From Azolla caroliniana (lineage: Eukaryota; Plantae; Polypodiophyta), in the NCBI GenBank assembly GCA_043228905.1, contig JBHGNT010000013.1, forward strand, positions 14,384,001-14,448,000: 64,000 nt of DNA. The letters are read 5' to 3'. The notes below the pieces were generated by a model that worked only from the letters and a program-made list of their open reading frames with translations, was not told the DNA's origin and did no database searches. The position numbers and the translations under genes are program-made. Below, in pieces: positions 12,712 to 23,859 of this stretch (position 1 is the first letter of the stretch; each line of letters opens with the position of its first letter).

Positions 12712-15333
12712 TCACCAGTGATCTGCACAGGAGCAAGATCCGTCATGCATGTGGTGAAATTGATTTGCATCCTTGATCACAATTTTCTGTCGACATAATT
12801 TCGAAATGAGCTTTGTGAAATTGTGGCATTGAGAACACATCCTAACACTCTTGACAATAAAAAGACTTGCTCCCAGCCTGGTGCTCATAAACCCAAAAGC
12901 TATGGCTAATCTTTCAGTGTGGTGGCATACTCCATAATCCTGGCTCTCCTCATTCAAACCATGCTCTATCATATAACCAAAACCAGCATCTTGAATATGC
13001 ATATATAATGCCTCTAACTGCAAATGGATGTCTTCTGAATAGATATGTGATTGATCCTCCAAACAGAACTCGTTAACCTTTCCATCCACTTCTATGTAAC
13101 TCACATCTTGCGATTTCATTAGGCCCTTACATTTCATCCTGGAAAGTAATCTTTCAGCAGCAGCATCCCTACCAGCCGAAACATACATATTTGACAAAAT
13201 AACATAAGGAGCAGAGATTTCTGGATACATTTCAAATACTTGATTAGCAGCACGTTCACCTCTCCATAAGTCATCTTGACTACTACAAGCACCAAGCAAA
13301 ATCAACCATGATATAGGGCTTGGTTGAACTGGCATCTTACCGATAAGATCTTCCATATCGTCTAACCTTCCTAACCTCCCCATAAGATCAACAACACAAC
13401 CATAATGTTCTCCATCAGGTTTTATCCCAAACACTTTGCTCATTGAATTTAGACAGCAGTGTGCATCATCGGCAAGACCAGCATGACTACATGCCAAAAG
13501 AATGACTTTAAACGTCACTTGGCTGGGCTCCACACCTTCATCCTTCATTTGACAAAGCATCGGCATTACTTTCTTTCCATGTCCATGTTGGGCAAAAGCC
13601 ACAATCATGCTGCTCCATGAAATCACATTTCTATTACGCATTCTTTGAAAAACGATATATGCAAGTTCCAACTTCCCGCATTTGCTATACATGTTTATAA
13701 TAGCATTGCCTACAGCTACATCTTTATCGTCATTTTGCTTCACAACTTGATCATGCATCCACTTCCCCTCAATTAGAGCTCCTTCACTTGCACATGCTGA
13801 TAACATACTAACGAATGTAACTTTGTTGGGTTTCAGCTTATTCCTTAACATCAAGATGAAAAGTTCGAATGCATTTTTTCCAAGCCCATGTTGGGCATAT
13901 ACCGAAATCATTGCATTCCATGATACAAAATTCCGGTTAGGCATTTCATCAAACATTTTTCTGGCATCCTTTGGACTGCCACAAGTACCATACATATTCA
14001 CTATGGCAGTGGCAACAATAATATCAGAATCATATCCACTATGTTTGATGCAAGCATGCATCTGTTTAGCTTTATCTAGAAGCCCTTTTTTTGAATATGC
14101 TTCAACAATGCTTACAAAAGTTATTGGGTTCGGTGAAACCCCTTCTCGTTGCATTTGATAGAAAAGCCTAAGAGCCTCTTCACTGTTGCCAAGTTGGGCA
14201 TATCCAGAGATTATTGAAGTCCACAATACCACATTCAATTCGGACAACTCTTCGAAGATCTTTAAAGCATCAGAAATGCTGCCACATTTACCATACATAT
14301 GAATTAGGGCTGCTTTAACCTTCACATCAGATTCAAATATACGTCCAAGGAGGCTAGTATGCACTTGTTTGGCGAATGATAAAGAAACTTGATCAGAACA
14401 AGCATTGAGAATGGCAAGGATTGTAGCTCTACCAGGAGTCATACCTTCTTGCATCATTTGATTCCAATAACCTATAGCAATTTTGCTGAAACCACGTTTT
14501 GAATAAGCCAGAATTATAGCCGACCATGCCACTACACTTCGTTCTGATACCATGTCGAACATCCTCCAAAGATCATCATTATCATTATCATCCTCATCAT
14601 GGACGCATCCACACTTTCCATAGAAGTTCACAAGCGCGTTTTGAACGACCTCGATTGACTCCATTGTGAAACCAACAACACGAGCATGTAAGCATTTTCC
14701 ATGTTCAAATGCCTCTTTCACAGCACATGCTGAGATTGTACTACTAAAGATATAGTCATCCACAACCATACCTTCTACACAGAATTGGTCGAAGAGCTCA
14801 AGAGAAAAATCCCATTTCCCATTGTGGGAATATATAGAAAGCATGAAATTCCATGAGAATTGATCATGACATTCCATAGAATAAAACCATGATCGAGCTT
14901 CGGTGACAGAACCACATCTTCCATACATCTGAAGTATGAGGTTTTGAAGAAAAACGTCCAACTTGAAGTCAGATCTGATGATGTGAGAATGAAGAAGATA
15001 GGCATGATGCAGAGAATCACATGATCGGAGCAGAGACGCCACATAAACAAGGTCATTACAGAAACTCGAAGATATCTTATCTGTTGTGATTTGATCTTGC
15101 AAATATGCACTGATTCTTCCCATCTTTGTGTCTTCTCTTTCTTGCGTCGCCTCTTCATTTTCTTCATTTTCTTCTTCTTCTCCTTGTTGTTGAACGGATT
15201 TGAATTGTCTGTGTAACATCTTCTTCTGCTGCTGCAGGTGAGAAGCTAAGATGGATGGGAAACAGGGTTTTGCATTCTTCGGAACAAAGGGAATAATTGA
15301 CATTGCTGCTCCGAGCCATGATTCCAAGCCCAT
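12712..15333 (-). CDS. PLS-class pentatricopeptide repeat protein with C-terminal DYW-type deaminase domain (organellar RNA editing factor)
   Basis: 873-aa intronless ORF. Repeated P/L/S motifs (ALIHMYGKCGS, VSWNAMISVYAQHG), E1/E2, HTERLA, CSQCH and terminal CSCADHW. Start codon uncertain. Confidence 0.95.
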   Translation of the reverse strand: MGLESWLGAAMSIIPFVPKNAKPCFPSILASHLQQQKKMLHRQFKSVQQQGEEEENEENEEATQEREDTKMGRISAYLQDQITTDKISSSFCNDLVYVASLLRSCDSLHHAYLLHSHIIRSDFKLDVFLQNLILQMYGRCGSVTEARSWFYSMECHDQFSWNFMLSIYSHNGKWDFSLELFDQFCVEGMVVDDYIFSSTISACAVKEAFEHGKCLHARVVGFTMESIEVVQNALVNFYGKCGCVHDEDDNDNDDLWRMFDMVSERSVVAWSAIILAYSKRGFSKIAIGYWNQMMQEGMTPGRATILAILNACSDQVSLSFAKQVHTSLLGRIFESDVKVKAALIHMYGKCGSISDALKIFEELSELNVVLWTSIISGYAQLGNSEEALRLFYQMQREGVSPNPITFVSIVEAYSKKGLLDKAKQMHACIKHSGYDSDIIVATAIVNMYGTCGSPKDARKMFDEMPNRNFVSWNAMISVYAQHGLGKNAFELFILMLRNKLKPNKVTFVSMLSACASEGALIEGKWMHDQVVKQNDDKDVAVGNAIINMYSKCGKLELAYIVFQRMRNRNVISWSSMIVAFAQHGHGKKVMPMLCQMKDEGVEPSQVTFKVILLACSHAGLADDAHCCLNSMSKVFGIKPDGEHYGCVVDLMGRLGRLDDMEDLIGKMPVQPSPISWLILLGACSSQDDLWRGERAANQVFEMYPEISAPYVILSNMYVSAGRDAAAERLLSRMKCKGLMKSQDVSYIEVDGKVNEFCLEDQSHIYSEDIHLQLEALYMHIQDAGFGYMIEHGLNEESQDYGVCHHTERLAIAFGFMSTRLGASLFIVKSVRMCSQCHNFTKLISKLCRQKIVIKDANQFHHMHDGSCSCADHW

Positions 15334-16210
15334 CTCTACTCGTCATGTTACAGAGGTTGCACAGGAACAGAAAAGCCATGTAGCCAAATTCTGCTGCCAC
15401 CATTGCATTCTACTTATGTAAATAAAGATTTGGGTAAATTATTTACCATAATACCCCTTTCCTATTTTCACTATATTCCTGACATACCCTTGGGGCCCTG
15501 GCATACCTTTCCAAATCCTTTTGGTGTTTTTTTTGTCCATGAAAACAATTTGTTTCATCATGTAGCAACCAACTAGTGTGAGAGTGACACCAATGGATTT
15601 CTCTAGGAATCAATCATCCATTATACCCCTCTTCGATCACTCCTATTCTATTACTATATACGATTAAATCTCACTCTCTAAGATATCTCCCTTTTCAATG
15701 TTATCCACCATTGCTTCTTACATACATACATACATACATATATATATACTAATAAGTCTTATACATGTAACATCGCCTTATCGTTTCTAGCACCTAGTAG
15801 TTATCGATGGCTAGTGTGAGAATGAGTTGGTCAAGCATGTATAATAATATCCTGGGTTTTTTGAAAAATAGGTATTGTGACTGTGTTATCATTTTCATTG
15901 TCCAATTATTATGTCAGATGATCATTAGCAGTTTCTTGCCCTTCACTCTTTCTTTTGTTTTGTTTGCTAGTTTGTGAACCGGTGTGGGTGGACATTTTTG
16001 TTTTAGTAGTTTACTAAGCGTTTTAATACAAAGAATGGTGTATAAATAAACCCAACCATTGTGGTTGAGTGAGCGAGTGACTGTGCATTGGAGTAGCTGA
16101 TCCCCATCAGTATGTATGCAATCTTGAGCTATGATATATAAAATGAAGTTGTGTTTGTGTGTCGGGGCGTGATGTTTTAGTTTCTTGTAGACGGGAAACG
16201 AAAAAACACC

Positions 16211-18115
16211 CTAGGGAGTTATGACGGGCGGGGCGACATGCTTGGGAACGGAAGCGCGAACGAGCTGCCAGGCGGCGGACGGGCGATCCTGGCAGAGCCG
16301 GAGGTGGCGTAGGAGCCATCGGCGGTGTGGGCGTGTGATGGAGGCTAGGAATGCGGGGGAGGCGCGAGGCATGCGCGGGAGGTGGGAGCACGGGTCGGGC
16401 GAGTAGCCCATCTTGCACGGGACGGGGCCCGGCGTGTCGGGCGGGAGGCGGCGCCAGGCCGGGAAGTCGAGGACAAGGGGTGGGACGTTGGCCCACGCGT
16501 GAGCCGCGTAGCCAAAAGTGGAGGAGGCGCTCGTGGCCAGCTGGGCGGTGCTGCTCAGGAGCCACATCTCTGCCAGTGCCAGCTCCGCCTGCGTCTGGCT
16601 GAAGTCCTGGCTCTGCAACGACGAGACAGTGTGAAACCGCACCACTTCGGCTTCGGCTTCGGCTTCGGCTTCGTCCGAGCCGCCGCCGGATCGGGCGTCG
16701 TAATCCTGCTTGAGGCGGAGGAAGTACTGACTTTGGAGGGACATGACCAGCACGGTGAGGTCCGGCCGGAAATCGCCGCTCTCGATCCTCCGCCCGTACG
16801 ACCATCGCGCCGTCTCTTCTTCTTGTGGCGGCGGTGGCGGCGGAAGGTAGGAATGATTGGCCAGGCACGCCACCATACGCCCATACTCCGCCTCTTTGAA
16901 GGCGGCTCGATCTTCGCCGCCATGGAGCCTCACCTGCACACCCACTGTTCTCTTCGCTCCTCCCACATACGCCACATACTCACGCATCACCCTCCGCCAT
17001 ATCCTGTTGCTCGGCATCAGCGCTAAGCGCGTCATGAAACCGAACACTCCATCCTCTCCTCCTCCGCGAGTCCAGATTTGCCACTTCTCCCAGAACCCCC
17101 TGACCATGAAGAAATTGGGAATGGTGTACAAATCACTCTGCCACACCAGCACCTTGATTTGGCCGAGAGCTTCGTACACATCGTCAGCGAACACCTCCAT
17201 GTCTTCCTCGCTCGGCTCATCCCATAACCTCACCTTCACCATCTCCTCCCCCCCCAACACCTCTTTGATGACACTACTGGCATTGGTGTTGGAGGATCCT
17301 CTCCAATCATATGCCCTCAGCCTCTCGCCCAAGCTTTGCGCCGCATCCATCTTCGACATGTAGCCAGCGGAAGAATATTCTTCGGGGATCAACCATGTTG
17401 AGCCAGATCCGTAGTATCGATCAAACGGCTCGCACAAGAGATCCCCGAGTTTCCTACGGTTGTCAATCAATATGGTCCGGCCGGTGGCCATCGCGAATGC
17501 GAGGGCCGATGCTAGCGCCACCAGCCGGTTCCCCAACCCCACGGGCTCCGCATCCGAGACCAACAAATACTTGCAGCTAGTAGTAGCACCCTTAGGCCCA
17601 GGTGATGGTCCCACTCCCATTTTGCTACCTCGAGCAGCTGCCTTCTCGGTGTGAACCGGAGAGAAAAGTTGGGCGGCACATCGGGAGTGGATCTTGGCGT
17701 AATGCCGCCAAGCATCCACAAGGGCGGGTGGGATGGAAATGTTTTGGTGAGGCGAGCGTATTAAGGATTCTTGGGTCCGGCTTAGGCAAGAATTAGGTCG
17801 ACTTAGCAAGAAATGACTAGGTGATTCCTCATCATTATGGATGTGACCTATGGACAAATGAGTGGGTGATTCCCCCTCATCAAGAGGATGATCATCATCA
17901 TGGACATCTTTGTCGACTACGTTGTAGGCAACAACCTTCGTATCGGGATCAATATATACCGATGGTTTGGGCACATCCAAGCTTACGACAACAACTTGAT
18001 CACGATGAGCATGGGGGTGATTGTTAAAGATGAAGGTGAAGGCGATCGTGAGAGAGATGACGGCAGTTAATAGAATCATTAAGGAGAGTTTGATGAGGCC
18101 ATTATAATGAACCAT
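16211..18115 (-). CDS. FUT: Xyloglucan-type alpha-1,2-fucosyltransferase (GT37), copy 1
   Basis: 634 aa with an N-terminal TM anchor. Motifs CKYL..GLGNRL..LASA, LLCEPF, GVQVR and ALAEMWLLS..TSASSTFGY match the plant GT37 family. The symbol is family level only. Confidence 0.93.
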   Translation of the reverse strand: MVHYNGLIKLSLMILLTAVISLTIAFTFIFNNHPHAHRDQVVVVSLDVPKPSVYIDPDTKVVAYNVVDKDVHDDDHPLDEGESPTHLSIGHIHNDEESPSHFLLSRPNSCLSRTQESLIRSPHQNISIPPALVDAWRHYAKIHSRCAAQLFSPVHTEKAAARGSKMGVGPSPGPKGATTSCKYLLVSDAEPVGLGNRLVALASALAFAMATGRTILIDNRRKLGDLLCEPFDRYYGSGSTWLIPEEYSSAGYMSKMDAAQSLGERLRAYDWRGSSNTNASSVIKEVLGGEEMVKVRLWDEPSEEDMEVFADDVYEALGQIKVLVWQSDLYTIPNFFMVRGFWEKWQIWTRGGGEDGVFGFMTRLALMPSNRIWRRVMREYVAYVGGAKRTVGVQVRLHGGEDRAAFKEAEYGRMVACLANHSYLPPPPPPQEEETARWSYGRRIESGDFRPDLTVLVMSLQSQYFLRLKQDYDARSGGGSDEAEAEAEAEVVRFHTVSSLQSQDFSQTQAELALAEMWLLSSTAQLATSASSTFGYAAHAWANVPPLVLDFPAWRRLPPDTPGPVPCKMGYSPDPCSHLPRMPRASPAFLASITRPHRRWLLRHLRLCQDRPSAAWQLVRASVPKHVAPPVITP

Positions 18116-18253
18116 TGTAAAAAAATATCATTGATTAAACGTTATGGATGAGATTAGAGTAGATGGCAAAAAAAATTTAATGACCATTTGGTTTTCATGG
18201 ATGTGAGGTCCCTTTATGTTTCCTTCTTTTATAAAAAGTCAATCCTTGTTTAG

Positions 18254-18560
18254 AAGCATATACAATTGGAATCATGGGTGAAGTTTGGGTAGTGCTCCTA
18301 ACAAGGCTACTACGGAGGCATATGTTTGATCTGTTTTTGGTTGTGAAATTAATTTACTACGAGCATATAAAGTTGGGCTTCATGGTCCGTTTATGTGTGA
18401 AGTTTGGGTAGTGCTTGTAGGTATCGAGGCTACTACCGAGATTAGTTTACTACAAGCATATAAAATTGGGCTTCACGGTCCGTTTAGGTGTGAAATTTGG
18501 GTAGTGCTGGTAGGTATCGAGGCTACTACCAAGGCATATGGTCGTGAAATTAGTTGATGC
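18254..18560. repeat. ~100-bp tandem repeat (about 3 copies) upstream of FUT copy 1
   Basis: AGCATATAAA(G/A)TTGGG..GTGAAGTTTGGGTAGTGCT..GGCTACTAC recurs at ~18254, 18362 and 18456. Confidence 0.8.
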
Positions 18561-18991
18561 TTTGACTTAGGTTGAACCAAAATGGTTCTAATAACACAAT
18601 ATGTCCTATTTATATACTAATTGCAAGCCTCATCATTATTTGATACAGAAACATTAAATAGAGAATGTCCGTGAATCCAAGGCTTGGACGGCCCTAAACT
18701 CGTCTCGGGAATTCTAGACAATCAAGGCCGTCCAATGTTTTATATCTTAAGAAAAAGGAAATGGAAAAAGAAAAGTACATAAAATGTTTTAAAAAAATGT
18801 GAAAATTATAATTAGCTTGCCCTAGTGGCAAGTTGTTGCACGATTAACACCATGTTTCGACCACTGTGGAATGTAAGGGTTGAAACTTGAACCCATGACC
18901 AAAGGTAACTACATTCATATAGCTATCTAATAAACCTCTCTATTAGATACTTTATCTAAAGTATCTTAATTCACTAGATGCCACTAGGGAA

Positions 18992-19055
18992 TGTAGGAGT
19001 TGAACCCATGACCTCCTGGTCTCCATTGGGCAAACTTACCAACTAAGCTACATCC
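18992..19055 (-). mobile_element. tRNA-derived SINE-like head; related copies at ~18870-18900 and 19300-19354
   Basis: Minus strand shows A-box TAGCTTAGTTGG and B-box GGTTCAACTCC at tRNA-like spacing. No full cloverleaf. Part of a local duplication (18935-19050 ~ 19247-19354). Confidence 0.55.
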
Positions 19056-19350
19056 ATCTAAGCATGCTCTCTCTTTGTTTTTTTAGCTGAAAACACACAA
19101 TTATATTATTAATAAATGTGTGTACAAAACACTACTTACAATGGGTGATCTCTCTCTCTCTTTTTATCGTAATTACCTTACCTTAGTGGTAAGTTGCTAA
19201 CACTACAAGCACTATGTTGTGGGTTTGAAACCCAACTTCCTCACCTCTCTATTATATACTTCTTATATATCTCTTAATTCACTAGATGCCACTGTGGAAT
19301 GTAGGGCTTGAACCCATGACCACATGGTCTCCATTAGGCAACCTTACCAA

Positions 19351-19371
19351 CTAAACCCTAAACCCTAAACC
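19351..19371 (+). repeat. Interstitial plant telomere repeat (CCCTAAA)x~3
   Basis: CTAAACCCTAAACCCTAAACC read directly in the sequence. Confidence 0.85.
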
Positions 19372-19482
19372 GAGGATACGCCAAGACGAGCAATGGTCCG
19401 CCATGGCGCTAATGGGTGGTTTCGCCATGGTAGAAAATAATCAAGTAACAGTACTGGTCAACGAAGCGGAATGGGCTACCGA
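19370..19482 (+). pseudogene. atpE: Nuclear plastid DNA (NUPT): atpE fragment
   Basis: Translates [38 protein letters not shown], matching the plastid ATP synthase epsilon motif [14 protein letters not shown]....N..T.LVN.AE. Confidence 0.88.
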
Positions 19483-20682
19483 TTGGAGTGAGATAGGTAT
19501 GTCATGACATGGCATACCTAGAACACCTCTCCGTCTCGTCGTTGCTGAAAATAGAAGATTTCTTTTGAGGACGAAAAGAGCCCGCTTCTCGTTCAAACCT
19601 TTCAAGAATTCATTGAAATTAATAAGATGGAATGGGCGTATAGGTTCTTTCCGAACATACGGATCTACAATTTTCGTATCTTCATGCGAAACCTTCTTCC
19701 CAGTCAATCCTATTAGAGATCTTAATGTTACATCGTTGCGTAGTGAGAATCTTAGCGACCAGTAAAGCATTTTCCATTCTTTTGGTTCCCAGAAAGACCT
19801 AATGGATGAATCATTTTGATAAAATCGATTCTGGGTTAAATAAGTTTCTTTCTAAAAAAATATTCTCTTTCAATTTTGTTGACGCATCTCCAAAACTGAT
19901 TACTTTGTCTACATTGAAAAATTAAGTCCCCTCTTTAAGCGACCTCAAATTCCATCCTACAAATTTATTCACAAATGAGGAATGCTTTAATATATCGACT
20001 CAATTGATTTCTTTTGATCGATGAGGAATTGAATCCGAATAGAAATACAGATATCTATAGATATCTTATGTTTTTTTTTCCCATTTCTATTTCTGTTTCC
20101 TTCTAGCACCCGATCATTCTATTTTGTAGTGAGTTCGAAAGAAAAGCTCATCGTCATCGAGAATTGCGATTCCTCCAATCCGTTGTAGATATGAAAACGC
20201 TTGGATTAGAATTAGAGGAACACTTTTCAAAACCTATTAGTACATATGGCTGTAGCATTCGAGGTTGCGCGAATCGTGGATACACGACCGAAGGACTTGT
20301 TCCCGAATCGAAACACACCTTCACAAAATGTGGGTCTTTTTGGATTACCGTTTACTAGATGTCGATAAGAACGGATTTACCCTACCGAATCGCACCATCC
20401 CTATGATATGTAGAAGCTTTCCTCTCTCTTTCAGTGGTCGGAAAAACTTGTAACAAAATATCTGCTAGAATTGTGGAAGTCTTATCAATAGAATTGTCAT
20501 TTCTCTGAGATCTGGGCATAATCAATTCCAAATTCTTTTTCTCTCACATTCCACTTATTGTTGTATTAATCGGGATTACTAATAAAAGAATGCTTTTGGC
20601 TTTTGGCGGTACGAGAAAGCAATAAGTATGTCGCACATCATTTATGTATTTGAATTTGCAACCAGACATTAAAAAGCAATGG

Positions 20683-20683
<1 letters not shown>
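19483..20683 (-). pseudogene. Probable continuation of the NUPT (ycf2/ycf1-like plastid sequence)
   Basis: Abuts the atpE piece. Plastid-like composition and long minus-strand reading stretches (e.g. 19441-19770). Gene identity is an unverified inference. Confidence 0.5.
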
Positions 20684-20719
<36 letters not shown>

Positions 20720-23140
20720 ATAAATAATGACTTTCATTACGAAAGAAAAAACACCACCATGACTAACTTACTACAAAGTATAGAACCCTTGTATCCAGGG
20801 ATATAAAGACTATTATAAACTCCCAAATACCTCAAGAATTCAAAAATAATTTGCAAATGAGGCATCGGTTCATTGTTCTCCATATGTGCAAAAACGCAAT
20901 TAAAGGAAGATAGGGTTACGCTAGTTAGAGACATCCACACTAAATTGATACACCTCCAAACCATTATTGCCTTCGGGCATGAAAGAAAACGATGCCTACT
21001 ATGTTTCAATTCCAACAAACAAAAGAAACACGATCCTTTAGTAATGTTTTTTTTTTAAGGCATTCCAATGGTAAAGTTCCAACCATAACTCTCCAAATAA
21101 ATACTCATAGCATCAATCGAGAACACCAACTTGCCTTGAGCATATGAAACCACCAAGTAATGGGCTTACAAAAACCCCATGTCTTTATAACCCTTTCTTC
21201 CAACCACTTATGTTTGTCAATCAACTTGTGATAAGCAACATTTGTTGAGATCATAGTCAATCTCTTATTTCCAACAAACCTCCAATCAAGCTCTTGAGAT
21301 CCCCCATCTATATGTGGAATTGGCTCATACAAAGATAATATTTCTTGCAACTTGTCCCAAATAAAGGGAATATTAAATGTTAATCTTGTTGTTCGAAAGG
21401 CCATTAATCTTCTTTGTGACACCAACATAGCATCCTTGACTGTTACCAAACCCAATCTAGCCATCCGATTAAATTGAAGGTTAAGAATTTGTTTACCTTC
21501 CCACCTCAACAACCTTGATGTCGTCAAAACCTCCATTTGTAATGAATTGGCACATCCCCTTTCTTGTGGAAGATGTCATTCCACAAAATCCAACATACTT
21601 TGCCAACATGTCAACAAATGATTAACTATCAACGACCCTGCACATTTGACATCCCTTTCACAAGTAAGTACATTCCACCAATTAACATCAACCTTCATGT
21701 TTCCAAGCTTAATCCAACTATTATCTATAAAGTACGTCATCATTTCTATCCAAGGTTGTACACCTTCAAACGTAAATCGAATGAAAGTAAATTGGCGAGC
21801 CACCATAGCTTATATAGATTCAATATTGATGCTCCACCAAGACACTTTGAAGTACAAACATGATCCCATGCCAACCACAACAAGACACTTTTCCTTTTCC
21901 TTTTCCATAACAACATTCACATTTAGTGTGACACCATTTCAAGAGCTTTCTTCGACCATGGTAGCAAAGGAAGATAATAAGACACCATAGAGACCATAAT
22001 CGATTGGACCACCTTAAGTCGTACATAAAAAGGGATTTGAGACCTCCAATACATAAATTTATCCTTCAACCTTTTGGATACCCACTCAATAAGTTTCACA
22101 TGAGGCACTTCCACCCCAATTGAGTATCCAAGGTGACGACAAATCATACCAAGATGTACTATCCTTCCTGACCACCCCAACCCTAACACATCTTGTTCTG
22201 TATATGAAATGAGGATAGATTTACGCATATCAATTCTCAACCCTGAAGCATTTGAAAACAATTCCCACACATCCCTTGTCTTACTAATATTTTCTCAATT
22301 AGGTGCCCAAAACATAATATGGTCATCTGCGAGAGCTTGAACAATACATGGCTTCCTTGATGGCAACCTTAGTCCAAGCAATTCTTCCTCCGTAGCCATA
22401 TTGTGTAACTTAACAAGAATAGGATGTGTCACAATAATGAATAGTAAAGGACCGACTGGGCATCCTAGTCTAACATATCTCCGAATATAAATCGGTTGTG
22501 TTACTCCATTAAACATGACATGTGAAACCAAACCCTCCCTTAATGTGTATATCAATTTAGACATACAATCACCAAAACCCATATGAGACATTGATTGCTT
22601 CATAAATGACCAATCTACATTATCATAGGCTTCCGCGATATCCAATAGTAGCAACACTAATTCTTGTTTAGACTCCTTTGCATAGTCAAATGTCATTTGA
22701 ACATTTAAAATATTATGTAAAATGTCTCTTTTTGCCAAGAACCAATTTTGAGCCTTATAAATAATAGGAGGTAAAACATTATCATAGGCCTCCGCGATAT
22801 CCAATAGTAGCAACACTAATTCTTGCTTAGACTCCTTTGCATAGTCAAATGTCATTTGAACATTTAAAATATTATGTAAAATGTCTCTTTTTGCCAAGAA
22901 CCCATTTTGAGCCTTCTGAATAATAGGAGGTAAAACCTTATGCAATCTATTGACCATCACTTTTTCAAAAATCTTGTACATTTCCCCCATCAATGAAATA
23001 GGCCTCCAATGTGCTAAGGAAGATGGAGAAGGCACCTTTGGTAAAAGATTTATAAAACCAATCTTCCAAGAATGAAGTATTTCCCCTGATGTCCACACCT
23101 TCTAAAATAAGACCATCCCACCCAGGGCTCTTATCATTAG

Positions 23141-23270
23141 CATAGTTCTAGCCATACTTCCCATTCGTGCCATACTCATACGTCAATATTCGTATCATAC
23201 TCATACATGAAAAGGCTCCAAGTATGATTGAAATCCATACGCGATACATAGATATATACATACAATGTAC

Positions 23271-23367
<97 letters not shown>

Positions 23368-23859
23368 CTTCTTCTATTGTTACTATTGCTGCATTTTGTG
23401 TGACCGAATTGTTATTGGCCATGGCAAAAGCTCCTCCTCCACGCCCCCCCAGCCCCAGACTCAACCTCTTCGAATCCATCTAAGCCAACCACCGCGTGAG
23501 CGAACCCTAGTGATCGTCTCTTGCCATGCTGAGCGAGATCGTGTCAGGGATGTTTTTAGAGCTGCCATATCCCAACCAATTCCTCCCATGACCATTGCCC
23601 TCCCCACTATGCAAGATGCTATGAAACCTTAGAAATAAACTATTCTTCACCAAGATGGGAATCACCTTTTGGAAAATGGTCTTCGAACCCTGTTTCGCAC
23701 TCCTCAGAATTCTGTTTTAGTCTTTCTCATTGCTCATACTTCAGTTCACGACGAATATCAGAAAGAAAATCCAAACGAATGTCGCGTATCATACGCGAAC
23801 GTATGTAGACATTCACATACGTCCACCAAATTGGACGTACGCGAATATTAGGAACTATG
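23141..23859. mobile_element. Non-autonomous hAT element
   Basis: TIR CATAGTTC / GAACTATG. 8-bp TSD ATCATTAG at 23133-23140 and 23860-23867. Subterminal ATTCG/CGAAT and CATAC motifs, and an internal (TG)n(AG)n tract. Confidence 0.9.

Noticed and set aside
15924-16131. Conserved 200-bp block as a possible snoRNA or telomerase RNA
   Set aside because: No convincing C/D box pair or USE/TATA promoter, and TAAACCCAA is not a full template. Position fits a FUT 3' flank.
16107-17363. Long overlapping and antisense ORFs (253, 214, 168 aa), repeated at 41047-42408
   Set aside because: Expected shadows of a very GC-rich coding region. Their recurrence only reflects the FUT duplication.
18992-19055. 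Possible tRNA gene
   Set aside because: A and B boxes are present but there is no proper acceptor or anticodon stem, and degenerate neighbours indicate a SINE-like repeat.
23167-23483. ORFs with CVCV/ERER/SLSL runs (also 2090-2275)
   Set aside because: Translations of (TG)n(AG)n microsatellites.
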